The notes: a model not told the origin generated them from the sequence alone. Positions 1 through 8,201 are shown, numbered from the stretch's first letter. The stretch: DNA of 63,529 bases from Gemmatimonadales bacterium (GCA_030697825.1 JAUYOW010000078.1:1-63529), one strand, 5' to 3'. Numbers and translations are program-made.

Positions 1-2007
1 CGACCTCTCCAGAGCACCACGGATTGGCAGCGGTGCGAGATCATCCTGGACGTGCCACCGACCGCGACACGGATCGTCTTCGGGGCCATTCTGGCCGGAT
101 CGGGTTCGTTGTGGATGGATGACCTGGCGCTCACGGCGGCAGACTCCGCCGCGACGCCGACCGGCCAGGTACTGGGTGCCCGCCCGGAGACCGCTTCGGG
201 TGCCGACCTTCCTGCCGAGCCTCACAATCTCGACTTCGAGAGCGCCGGCGTTCCGATCCCCCCGGCTGCCCCACCCCGCATGTGGGAATCGCGGCAGCTG
301 ACAACTCGCGGCCTCGCCAACCTCACGGCTTTCGCCCGCCTCCTCGGCTACGTCCGGTTCTTCCACCCTTCGGAAGCCGGCCGCGTGACGAACTGGGATC
401 AATTCGCGGTACGAGGGATCTCCGCGGTAGAAGGCTCACCGACGCCGGACAGCCTCGCCGTCGCGCTGCGCGCCGTCTTTCACGACGTAGCTGCTACCGT
501 GGTCGTGGCGCCAAGCAACCGGATCGCCGCGGCACGCCGAACCGCGCCGCTCGCCAAGCCCGCCGATGCTTCGGATGCCGGGGTCGCGTACTGGCTGCAC
601 TACGGCATCCAGCTCGGCCCGAATGCCCCCGGGCCTTACCGGAGTCGCCTCCGCATCGTCCCCGCCGGCGCACCCGATTCACTGGCTCCCAGCCCCGACG
701 CCGCCATCGAGGCGACGCTCGGCGGCGGCGTGAGCGCGCGTATCCCCCTGGCGCTGCGTGTCGCGGTGCCATCGGGCGGCGCGGACGACAGGGAGCGGAG
801 CCCCGGCCCGGATCCGGCCAGCGCGCGCTACTGGGCAGAGGATCGCGCCGCGCGGCTGGCCGACGTCGTGCTCCTCTGGGCTGTCATGCAACATTTCTAT
901 CCGTACTTCGACGTGGTGCGCACGGACTGGACCGCCACCCTCGAACCCAGTCTTCTCGCAGCGGCCGCGGATCCGACGGCCGCCGCCTTCGAGCGCACGC
1001 TCCGACTGATGCTCGTCGCACTGCACGACGGCCACGGCGGCGTCCGGCCGGCGGCGCGCTCGCCTCTCGGCGCGGCACCCGTGGCGCTCGATTGGGTCGA
1101 AGATCAGCTGGTGGTCAGCGCAGTCGCAGATTCCACGCAGGACACGGTGCGTCGCGGAGACGTGGTAGTCACCGTCGAGGGACGACCGGCGGCGCAGGTC
1201 GTCGCCGAGCGCATGGCCGGGATACCGAGTGCCACGCCCCGCTGGGCGCGATTCCGGGCCCTACAGGACTTGAGTTTGGGGTCCCCGGACTCCGCCTGGC
1301 ACGTCGGACTGCGGCACGCCGACGGCCAAGAGACGTTGGTCGCGCTGGCGCGAGTGATCAGTCGACCGCGGCTGGATCCGGAGCCACGGCCGGCACCGGT
1401 AGCCGAGCTTCGGCCCGGCGTCATGTACGTGGACCTCACGCGCATCGCGGACAGCACGTTCGAGGCGGCCGTGCCGAGACTGGAGGCAGCGCACGGCATC
1501 GTATTCGACATGCGCGGCTATCCGAGCCGGCTCAACACGCCGCGCGTCCTGGCGCATCTCAGCGACTCGACGATGCACTCAGCGAAGTTCGAAGTGCCGA
1601 TCGTGACCCGGCCCGACCGGGAGGGCGTTCGTTACCTCGAAGGCGGCTGGCCCGTGCCGCCGGCCCAGCCTCGCTTCCACGCCAGGGTTGCCTTCCTGAC
1701 GGATGGTCGCGCCATCAGCTATGCCGAGACCACCATGGGCATCGTCGAAGCGTACCACCTGGGGGACATCGTCGGCGACGCCACCGCAGGAACGAACGGC
1801 AACGTCAACCCTTTCACCCTGCCCGGCGGGTACGCGATCTCCTGGACCGGGATGCGGGTCCTGAAGCACGACGGCACGACGCACCACGGCGTGGGCATTC
1901 TGCCCACCGCGCGGGTGCAGCGTAGCTTGCGAGGCGTCCGCGAGGGACGGGACGAGGTGCTCGAAGCGGGCGTGCGGCTGGTGACCGGCGCGTCGCCGAA
2001 CCGTTAG
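1..2007 (+). CDS. S41-family serine peptidase (tail-specific/C-terminal-processing type), 5'-partial
   Basis: Frame 1 is open from base 1 with no stop before the listed start at 52, so the gene runs off the window. The C-terminal LTDGRAISYAETTMG...HHGVGILPT region resembles the S41 catalytic domain (motif-level only). Confidence 0.65.
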   Translation, partial: RPLQSTTDWQRCEIILDVPPTATRIVFGAILAGSGSLWMDDLALTAADSAATPTGQVLGARPETASGADLPAEPHNLDFESAGVPIPPAAPPRMWESRQLTTRGLANLTAFARLLGYVRFFHPSEAGRVTNWDQFAVRGISAVEGSPTPDSLAVALRAVFHDVAATVVVAPSNRIAAARRTAPLAKPADASDAGVAYWLHYGIQLGPNAPGPYRSRLRIVPAGAPDSLAPSPDAAIEATLGGGVSARIPLALRVAVPSGGADDRERSPGPDPASARYWAEDRAARLADVVLLWAVMQHFYPYFDVVRTDWTATLEPSLLAAAADPTAAAFERTLRLMLVALHDGHGGVRPAARSPLGAAPVALDWVEDQLVVSAVADSTQDTVRRGDVVVTVEGRPAAQVVAERMAGIPSATPRWARFRALQDLSLGSPDSAWHVGLRHADGQETLVALARVISRPRLDPEPRPAPVAELRPGVMYVDLTRIADSTFEAAVPRLEAAHGIVFDMRGYPSRLNTPRVLAHLSDSTMHSAKFEVPIVTRPDREGVRYLEGGWPVPPAQPRFHARVAFLTDGRAISYAETTMGIVEAYHLGDIVGDATAGTNGNVNPFTLPGGYAISWTGMRVLKHDGTTHHGVGILPTARVQRSLRGVREGRDEVLEAGVRLVTGASPNR

Positions 2008-2458
2008 TCAGGCCGGATGTTCCGGTTCAGGCGGAAGACGTTGGCCGGATCGTATTTCTGCTTGACCTCGCGCCGCGCGTAGCGCGGCCCGTAGGCGGCG
2101 GCCACGGGGTCGCCAGCCTCGTCGTCGCCCCGGTAGTTGACGTAGCGCCGTTCGGCCATGAAGGGCCTCATCGCGTCGAAGATCTTCCGCGCCCAGGCCA
2201 CTCATTCCTCGTTCTGCTTCGGGTCGAGCCACTGCGCGACAAGCAGCAGGGTGTACCGGAGTGCCGCTGGGGGAACGCGGTGTCGGTGACGCCGGCCCGC
2301 GTCACGGCGCCGTGGAGGTGCTCGAGGCGCACCGCGCCGAGCGGCGCGGGGCACCCACGGAAGGCGGCCACCATCGTGTCGATCGCCTCGTCGGTGAGGG
2401 TCGCCAGGAAGGTCGACCACGAGGTGCTCGCTCTCATCGCTGCCATGAGCCGACGCAC
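2004..2458 (-). pseudogene. FAD-linked oxidase remnant (C-terminal BBE-like domain only, frameshifted)
   Basis: Two overlapping minus-strand ORFs lie in different frames (2004-2201 and 2168-2458). The first ends ...YDPANVFRLNRNIRPD, the typical C-terminus of BBE-domain FAD oxidases. The N-terminal FAD-binding domain is missing, and similarity stops at the first attC. Confidence 0.55.
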
Positions 2459-2488
2459 GCCGCTCTAGCAGGCGCACGGCGCTGTGCC

Positions 2489-2613
2489 ACCTAACATCAA
2501 CCGCTTGTAGCAGTCGGCCCGGCCGGCCGCGCCGGCAGGTGTCTGTTGCGGCTCGGATGAAGTGTTGGCGCGGCCGAAGCGCCGGGCCGCAGCTAAAGCG
2601 CAACTCGTTAGAT
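2489..2613 (+). repeat. attC site 1
   Basis: R'' ACCTAAC (2489-2495) and R' GTTAGAT (2607-2613). The GC-rich imperfect inverted repeat between them has ggcccggccggccgcgccgg pairing with ggcgcggccgaagcgccgggcc. Confidence 0.65.
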
Positions 2614-2656
2614 GCCACCCAAGACCCACTATCTTGACGGTCCGCTGCGGTCGGCC

Positions 2657-2685
2657 TTGACCGCGGGCGTGGGTTGTCATACATT
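2657..2685 (+). promoter_or_regulatory. candidate sigma70-type promoter of the vapBC-like cassette
   Basis: TTGACC (2657-2662), a 17-nt spacer, then TACATT (2680-2685), ending 7 nt before the ATG at 2693 (near-leaderless). These AT-rich hexamers stand out in GC-rich DNA. The short palindrome TGTC...GACA overlaps the -10 and the start. Confidence 0.35.
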
Positions 2686-2692
2686 GTAGGAC

Positions 2693-2911
2693 ATGAAGAG
2701 CGCGCTCACTATCCGCCTCGACCGAGAGCTGCAACGGCGCCTCGATCGACTGTCGAAGCAATCCGGGCGGACTCGCAGCGAGATCGTACGCGACGCCCTC
2801 CGGCGGCAGCTTGCCCTGCTCCAGTTCGATCAGCTACGCCGCCAGGTCGCGCCGTTCGCTGAGGCGCGCGGCTACCTCACCGACGAGGACGTCTTCCGCG
2901 ACATCTCGTGA
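2693..2911 (+). CDS. vapB: ribbon-helix-helix (CopG/VapB-type) antitoxin
   Basis: 72 aa. The N-terminal LTIRLDRELQRRLDRLSKQSGRTRSEIVRDAL is a typical RHH motif. Its stop overlaps the downstream PIN gene start by 4 nt. Confidence 0.8.
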   Translation: MKSALTIRLDRELQRRLDRLSKQSGRTRSEIVRDALRRQLALLQFDQLRRQVAPFAEARGYLTDEDVFRDIS

Positions 2912-3321
2912 AGGTCTGCCTCGACTCGAACGTCCTCGTCAGTGCTTTTGCAACCCGGGGCCTCTCGGCCGATGTGTTGCGGATTGTGCTCGCCGAGCAT
3001 GAGTTGCTGGTACCTGAGGTGGTGTTGGCGGAAGTCCGAAAGGCGCTTGAACAGAAGTTCCGTCTCCCCGCGCAGGTCGTAACCGGCATCGAGCAACTGC
3101 TGCGCGATCAAACCGTCATTCCGAGGCCGCGCAAGCCATCAACCGTCCCGGTTCGTGACCCGGACGATGCTTGGGTCCTGGCATCTGGCATCGCGGGGGC
3201 GGCCGATGTCCTCGTTACCGGCGACAAGGACCTGCTGGTTGTCGCGTCGAAGGCGCCGCTACCAATCGAGTCGCCGCGCCAGTTCTGGGAGCGACTCCGG
3301 GGGCAATCGGGTGGCACCTAA
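2908..3321 (+). CDS. vapC: PIN-domain toxin (VapC-type)
   Basis: 137 aa. It has an MKVCLDSNVLVSAF N-terminus with the acidic D, a later DPDDAWVLA, and TGDKDLL motifs typical of PIN nucleases. Its TAA stop lies inside the attC R'' box. Confidence 0.8.
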   Translation: MKVCLDSNVLVSAFATRGLSADVLRIVLAEHELLVPEVVLAEVRKALEQKFRLPAQVVTGIEQLLRDQTVIPRPRKPSTVPVRDPDDAWVLASGIAGAADVLVTGDKDLLVVASKAPLPIESPRQFWERLRGQSGGT

Positions 3322-3441
3322 CTAGCGCTTGAACTTGTCGAGCCGGCTGGCCGCGCTGGCGCATTTGCTGTAGGTTATTCAGCAACAGCGCACCAGCGCG
3401 GCCAGAACGCCGGCTCGCAGGTTAAGCGCACTTCGTTAGGT
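3316..3441 (+). repeat. attC site 2 (family A)
   Basis: R'' ACCTAAC, spacer tagcgc, L'' TTGAAC, then ccggctggccgcgctggcg pairing with caccagcgcggccag, L' GTTAAG, and R' GTTAGGT (3435-3441). Confidence 0.8.
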
Positions 3442-3691
3442 GGCAACTGCTTATCCGCTTGCCTCCACGGAGCCCGGGCCAGCGGAACTTGGAGGGGCAC
3501 CGGCCGACAGGGACCGCTACTGCTTGGGGCTTGTGGAGCTAACCGGATAAGCAGAAGGTGGCATATGACCGCGTTATCGCTGGGGAATGCGTGAGATCGC
3601 TTATAGTCGATGACTGCTTTCGACCCAGAGCGGGCATTGAAGCGTGGACTTTCCGTAGGCTCCTCGGGAGGGAGGCGGAGGGGGCATTAGA

Positions 3692-4822
3692 GTGGTTCCG
3701 AACGTAAAGGGGATTGCCCGGGTCGGCGGCTACTGGATGCTCTTCGGCCTCGGGTTCCTTGCGGTGGGGCTGTTAATTTTGTATGTGTGTCTGGCATCGC
3801 CATTGCCGCCCCCCGGGTGCACGACCGGTAACGTCGCTACCTTCGGCGGCGTGCTCGCGCTCCTCGGAGCCTTGTTCATGTGCGTGCGCTGCGGCGTCAT
3901 TGTCGACCGGCAGCGACTCACTGTTACGACCTGGTGGGGGCTCCTCGTTCCGTTTCACAAGACCGAGCATCGCTTCTCGCAAAGCCATCATGTGACCCTG
4001 TCGCGCGAGGAGCGGCAAGCCGGCAAACGAACCTATGAAGTCTTTCCGGTGAGGCTGGAAGGCCCCGGCACCGATGCGATTACGCTTCACGAGCCTCGCG
4101 ATCACGACAAGGCGCGCCACCTCGCCGAGGAGATCGCCAAGTTCGTCCACCTCGGGATCCGGGACCGGTCCTCGGGAGAGGAAGTCGCGCGCGAGGCCGG
4201 CGCGCTCGACCAGTCTTTGCGGCAGCGCGTGAAGCGTTCGCGCCGGTCCCTGCCGCTTCCCGCGCAGCCGCCGCAAGCAAGGGCAATTTTCGAATACGGC
4301 GGAACCCGGGCGCCCACCACGATCGAGATCCCGCCTGTCGGCCACAGCGCGCGGGAGTTTCGGCTGATGATCTTTTTAGCGTGCTTTGGCGCCCTCTTTG
4401 GTGAACTGGTTAACTACAACGAGTGGGGCATGGAAATCGGCGTAATGGGGCTGTTCGGTTTCTTGTTCGTTCTGGTTATTTTCCTGCCGCTCTTAATTCG
4501 CAGCGCCATCGTCCGAGAGCGCCTGATCGTCTCGCCGGACGACCTCGTCGTTACCCAGCGCGATATCTTCGGCACGAAGACGACTCGGCTGACTTCCGGC
4601 GAGATCGAGGAAGTGGAAGTAATCCAGGCTAAGTACGGAATGTCCGGCGGCTTCGCGGTCATCGGCGGCGGCAAGGGCCGCGTCGCCATCCGTAGCGATC
4701 ACGGCTCAATCGAGCTGGGTGCAGCGCTCTCGAATCCGGAGGAGGTCAAGTGGCTAAGCGATGTCCTCGTTCATGTCCTGACCTCGGTTTCCCGTGATGC
4801 CGGCGGTAACGCCCGCGCCTGA
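3692..4822 (+). CDS. membrane protein with duplicated 2-TM + PH-like module (unknown function)
   Basis: 376-aa ORF filling one cassette. Two hydrophobic helix pairs (residues about 15-70 and about 225-265) are each followed by a soluble segment of about 90 aa (VIVDRQRLTVTTWW... and AIVRERLIVSPDDLVV...). Confidence 0.6.
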   Translation: MVPNVKGIARVGGYWMLFGLGFLAVGLLILYVCLASPLPPPGCTTGNVATFGGVLALLGALFMCVRCGVIVDRQRLTVTTWWGLLVPFHKTEHRFSQSHHVTLSREERQAGKRTYEVFPVRLEGPGTDAITLHEPRDHDKARHLAEEIAKFVHLGIRDRSSGEEVAREAGALDQSLRQRVKRSRRSLPLPAQPPQARAIFEYGGTRAPTTIEIPPVGHSAREFRLMIFLACFGALFGELVNYNEWGMEIGVMGLFGFLFVLVIFLPLLIRSAIVRERLIVSPDDLVVTQRDIFGTKTTRLTSGEIEEVEVIQAKYGMSGGFAVIGGGKGRVAIRSDHGSIELGAALSNPEEVKWLSDVLVHVLTSVSRDAGGNARA

Positions 4823-4864
4823 CCGATCGTAGGCATTCCACGTGACATCCGCGAATTGGCTGCC

Positions 4865-5086
4865 ACCTAACTAGCGCTGAGCCTGTGCGAAAACACCGTT
4901 CTGAGCACCCCTAAGTTGTTGATTTACAACGCTGCCACTGCTGCCAAAGTGGCGTTTTCACACGGGCTCCGCTTGAACCTGTCGAGCCGGCTGGCCGCGC
5001 TGGCGCCCTTGCGGTAAGTTATTCAGGGAACAGCGCACCAGCGCGGCCAGGACGCCGGCTCGCAGGTTAAGCGCCATTCGTTAGGC
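4865..5086 (+). repeat. attC site 3 (family A) carrying a 91-bp insertion
   Basis: R'' ACCTAAC (4865-4871) and R' GTTAGGC (5080-5086). Apart from the insert at 4879-4969 it is nearly identical to site 2. Confidence 0.8.
4879..4969. mobile_element. 91-bp MITE-like palindromic element, copy 1
   Basis: Its ends, GAGCCTGTGCGAAAACACC and GGCGTTTTCACACGGGCTC, form a 19-bp imperfect terminal inverted repeat. It is flanked by CGCT (4875-4878) and CGCT (4970-4973). The uninterrupted site 2 has a single CGCT at the same place. Confidence 0.75.
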
Positions 5087-5108
5087 AGCAACGGTCCGGA
5101 GCCACCCC

Positions 5109-5136
5109 TTGCCTGTATCACGGATACCGTTATATT
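5109..5136 (+). promoter_or_regulatory. candidate promoter of the higBA cassette
   Basis: TTGCCT (5109-5114), a 16-nt spacer, then TATATT (5131-5136), upstream of the GTG start at 5166. Confidence 0.35.
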
Positions 5137-5165
5137 AGCAGGGTGACCTCCCTCCGGCGGCGCCT

Positions 5166-5459
5166 GTGATTGTGTCCTTCGCCGATGCCGGCAGCGAGGA
5201 CATCTTCAATCGCCGGGATACCAAGATTGCGAGACGCACCTGCCCGGCCTCGTTGTGGCCTGTGGCGGGCCGCAAGCTGGATCAGCTGAACGCTGCGGTC
5301 AGCCTCGGGTCGCTGCGTGTCCCTCCCGGTAACCGCTTGGAGGCCTTGCGCGGCGACCGGGCGGGGGAGCACAGCATTCGCGTGAACCAGCAGTATCGGG
5401 TCTGCTTTACGTGGACCGAGGCCGGCCCTGAGCGTGTAGCGGTCGTCGACTATCACTAG
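5166..5459 (+). CDS. higB: HigB-type (RelE/ParE superfamily) toxin, plasmid-maintenance killer protein
   Basis: 97 aa. The pattern IVSFADAGSEDIFN...LRVPPGNRLEALRGDRAGEHSIRVNQQYRVCFTW is characteristic of HigB. The toxin-first gene order is typical of higBA. Confidence 0.8.
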   Translation: MIVSFADAGSEDIFNRRDTKIARRTCPASLWPVAGRKLDQLNAAVSLGSLRVPPGNRLEALRGDRAGEHSIRVNQQYRVCFTWTEAGPERVAVVDYH

Positions 5460-5467
5460 GAGCAGGT

Positions 5468-5797
5468 ATGGTTCGAATTCCTTCGCATGGAGCGCCCACG
5501 CACCCTGGCGAGATGCTGCTGGAGGAGCTCCTCAAGCCGTTGGGAATGACGCAGCGTGAGCTGGCCGCCCGGCTTGGCGTGTCGTACCCACGGATCAACG
5601 AGCTCATTCACGGCAAGCGTGGCGTCACGCCGGATACCGCCTTGCGGCTAGAGCAGTTGTTTGGTATGGAGGCTCAGTTCTGGCTGAATCTTCAGCTTGC
5701 GTGGGATCTCTACCACGCGGCGCGCTCGCCGGCCGCCCGGACCATTCGTCGCATCAAGCGGCTCCGGCGCTCGCCGCGGTCCCGGGTTGCTGCCTAA
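5468..5797 (+). CDS. higA: HigA-type antitoxin (XRE-family HTH)
   Basis: 109 aa. HPGEMLLEELLKPLGMTQRELAARLGVSYPRINELIHGKRGVTPDTALRLEQLFG matches the HigA HTH. Its TAA stop is embedded in the attC R'' GCCTAAC. Confidence 0.8.
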   Translation: MVRIPSHGAPTHPGEMLLEELLKPLGMTQRELAARLGVSYPRINELIHGKRGVTPDTALRLEQLFGMEAQFWLNLQLAWDLYHAARSPAARTIRRIKRLRRSPRSRVAA

Positions 5798-5899
5798 CAA
5801 TCGCGTGAAGTTGACGAGCCGCGGCGCGGCGCGCATACCAAGGTGCGGTTGTGGCGCTCTTGGGCGCCGCGCCTCGCAACTTACGTGCGGTCGTTAGGC
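5792..5899 (+). repeat. attC site 4
   Basis: R'' GCCTAAC (5792-5798) and R' GTTAGGC (5893-5899) are perfectly complementary. The inner inverted repeat has gttgacgagccgcggcgcggcgcg pairing with gcgccgcgcctcgcaac. Confidence 0.75.
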
Positions 5900-5927
5900 G
5901 GCAACGCTGATCGGGGGGCGATACCGC

Positions 5928-6104
5928 ATGCTCCAGCTTTGGCAAGTAATCGGGCTCGTGGTCGTAGCCGTCCTTCTGGTCGTGCTCGCAAGTCGTGTCC
6001 GCAGCGCACACCGCTCGGCCGGACCGCAGAACTCGTTGTGGTTCGATGTCGGCGGTCACGGTCAGCATCACCACAGCCACGGCACCGAAGGCTCGTCCCA
6101 CTAA
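5928..6104 (+). CDS. small (58 aa) single-TM peptide with His-rich tail; below the ORF-track cutoff
   Basis: Starts at ATG 5928. Translation is MLQLWQVIGLVVVAVLLVVLASRVRSAHRSAGPQNSLWFDVGGHGQHHHSHGTEGSSH. It is the only sense ORF in this cassette, and its TAA stop sits in the CTAAC core of the next attC-like site. Confidence 0.45.
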   Translation: MLQLWQVIGLVVVAVLLVVLASRVRSAHRSAGPQNSLWFDVGGHGQHHHSHGTEGSSH

Positions 6105-6200
6105 CTGTACCACGTGGTCGTTCCCTTGGAGCCTTCCGTGAGCCAACGAACAAGGCCTCCGTAGTCACTGAGAGACAGCCTGTGGCGTAGGTCGTTCGCA
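6099..6200 (+). repeat. degenerate attC-like site 5
   Basis: R''-like CACTAAC (6099-6105) and R'-like GTTCGCA (6194-6200; compare ggtcGTTCGGC in family B). TACCACGTGG pairs with CCTGTGGCGTA with unpaired bases. Confidence 0.4.
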
Positions 6201-6246
6201 AAGCTGTTGGCGCCCCCGGTGAACCCCGACGTCGTGACGAGCTCGG

Positions 6247-7917
6247 CTACCTCTGTGGTGACCTGAGAACGATTCGCAGATTCCCTCCTTCCCATTGGAT
6301 GGTCGCACTGGCGGCATGCACCACAACCCCCGGCAACTCAAATCTCAACTCACGGACCTCCTGACCGGTCAGCGCCACGCCACCGGTCGCCCTCACTGCT
6401 TCCTGGGGAGAGATGGCCCTCGGTAACCGGAACCGGATCAGCTTGCCCTTCTTGTCGTGGAGGAGGGGCGTCGGCTCCGTCTGCGCGACCTCGGAGCCGT
6501 CCGGGAAGTGGGCGCGGATGGGGATCTGCGCGTAGATGGTTCGATCCGAATCTACGACTGTGATGCCGAAGGGGGTGAAGGCCAGCGCCACTCGTGGAGT
6601 CTCAAGGGCTCCGTAGTCCACGATGATGCCGGTTCCGACGCCATGCTCGATGCGCGCCAGCACCGTGTCGATCCGGGCTCGACCTTCGTCCGCGAGACGG
6701 CTCTTCGCGGCAACCAGTGAATCGAAGTCTCTGTCCCGTCGCGTTTCCTCCAGCGCTCTGCCCAGCTCGCCGGCAGCGGCACCAATCGCGCCCACTGCGA
6801 GATCCGTGAGGGACACCTCGGGTTCGACGATTCTGTCCTTCCAGTTCGTGGAGAGCCGGTCGAGCAGGGCGCCGATCGCCATGCCCGAGTAGTACAGTCT
6901 CATGCGCAGGGGGGCGGTGCCATACGGGTCGTTGTTGACCAAGACCTCGCCCCGCATGTGCTGGAGCATTCTGTCGACGAGTTGGGAGCGTCGGGATGCC
7001 AAATTGCCGTACCCGCCGAATCCCTGAACCCACCACATCTCCGGGCCAGGGGTTCGACCTTCGAGCAATTCGAGCAGCCGGTACTCCGCGTACTTGGCGA
7101 GACCTTCGCTGAACTCCACTCCGTTCTCGTACTCGATGGCTTCCGGCGGGAGCACGGATCTGCGCTGCCGTCGCAGCGCCAACCATCGCACGACGGCGGA
7201 CCTGAATGCCGTGTCGGATGCGGCTCGCAGGGCTGCCGCCAGCGCCGCGCCCTCCTGCGCAAACCCCACATTGTTCGCCACCGAGAGCACGGGGTAGTGC
7301 AGCAGGAGCATCTCGTTGGCACCCTTCGACGGGGCCACACGCCCCTGGAAGACGTGGAAAGCCTCGTGAACGATGAGTGTGAGCTGGTCGTATGGATCGA
7401 TCGCCAACTGCGAGAAGCTGAGGTCCGGCGGTCTCTCGGCTGGAGGTCGCGGGGCCTCCATCACACCGCGGAGCTGCTGCCTCAGGTTGGACAGGGCATC
7501 GGCAACCACCAGCGTCCGGACTCCCTCGACGTCGCGCGACGTGTTCTGGCCGTCGTACTGGAGGAACCCGGGACCGTCCCGCACCAGGATGCGTCCTCCC
7601 GGAAACCGCACCGGCCCATCATAGACGACGAAGCCCGCAGGTGGTCGGGGGTGATTGATGAGCACATCCTGCTCGCCGGGAAGGTAGAGGAGGATCGGGG
7701 TGTCCGAGGCATCCCAGCCGCGCCAGATGGGGTTCTCCCGCCCGGCGATTAGACGCCACACCTCCGCTGCTTCGACGATCAGCCGTGGGTCTACCCGAAG
7801 CACAGCTCCCGGCGCTCCGGGCAACTGGCTCGCGCTTGCAGCCACACCTTGGGCAATCGTGACTCCAGGAGCCAGCAGGAGGAAGGCCGTCGTGAATGGC
7901 AGTACCCGTCGCGTCAT
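6247..7917 (-). CDS. secreted protein with HExxH (HEAFH) zinc-metallopeptidase-like motif
   Basis: 603-aa ORF. The likely start is the internal M (7917), which gives the signal peptide MTRRVLPFTTAFLLLAPGVTIAQG. It contains LIVHEAFHVFQ. It is oriented opposite to all cassette ORFs. Confidence 0.6.
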   Translation of the reverse strand: MTRRVLPFTTAFLLLAPGVTIAQGVAASASQLPGAPGAVLRVDPRLIVEAAEVWRLIAGRENPIWRGWDASDTPILLYLPGEQDVLINHPRPPAGFVVYDGPVRFPGGRILVRDGPGFLQYDGQNTSRDVEGVRTLVVADALSNLRQQLRGVMEAPRPPAERPPDLSFSQLAIDPYDQLTLIVHEAFHVFQGRVAPSKGANEMLLLHYPVLSVANNVGFAQEGAALAAALRAASDTAFRSAVVRWLALRRQRRSVLPPEAIEYENGVEFSEGLAKYAEYRLLELLEGRTPGPEMWWVQGFGGYGNLASRRSQLVDRMLQHMRGEVLVNNDPYGTAPLRMRLYYSGMAIGALLDRLSTNWKDRIVEPEVSLTDLAVGAIGAAAGELGRALEETRRDRDFDSLVAAKSRLADEGRARIDTVLARIEHGVGTGIIVDYGALETPRVALAFTPFGITVVDSDRTIYAQIPIRAHFPDGSEVAQTEPTPLLHDKKGKLIRFRLPRAISPQEAVRATGGVALTGQEVRELRFELPGVVVHAASATIQWEGGNLRIVLRSPQR

Positions 7918-8201
7918 GACACACCTCACATGCAGCGGTTCACGGCCGAGTGGTACGGGGTTACGCGACCGCCGCCTCCCGAGATCATCCGGTGGGCGCA
8001 GCGTCTCAGAGGACTGGATGCCGGAGCGACGGGCAGCGTTGCAGGGCCGAGGGCGCAACCGGTCTCAGAGCCGCCGACTAAGGTCTGAGACCGCGGAGCG
8101 GTCACCCTCTTGGCCGCTCCACAGCACAACTTCGGCACAATGCGAAGCCGCCGGCCGATGGAGCGCTGGGGCTAACAGATTGCTGGGCTTGATGTTAGGA
8201 G

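Noticed and set aside
282-1925. A 547-aa alternative-frame ORF inside the S41 peptidase gene, and similar Arg-rich overlapping ORFs throughout the track (for example 12477-13652, 27178-28668, 28543-30153, 59650-61461).
   Set aside because: They show the compositional signature of off-frame translation of GC-rich coding DNA. They have no motifs and overlap well-supported genes.
3537-3579. GCTAAC ... GTTATCG in the 376-aa gene leader as a mini attC.
   Set aside because: It is only about 43 bp, shorter than known attC sites, and the R' core is poor. It is treated as part of the structured leader or a relic instead.
8141-8200. A 60-bp candidate attC (TGCGAAG ... GTTAGGA) that would make the HExxH gene a reverse-oriented cassette.
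   Set aside because: The TGCGAAG half matches the expected partner of TTCGCA at 6195 in 6 of 7 positions. However, the interior lacks L''/L' pairing and the AAG/GTT ends do not pair. Only a 6-bp CTAACA/TGTTAG mini-hairpin is present.
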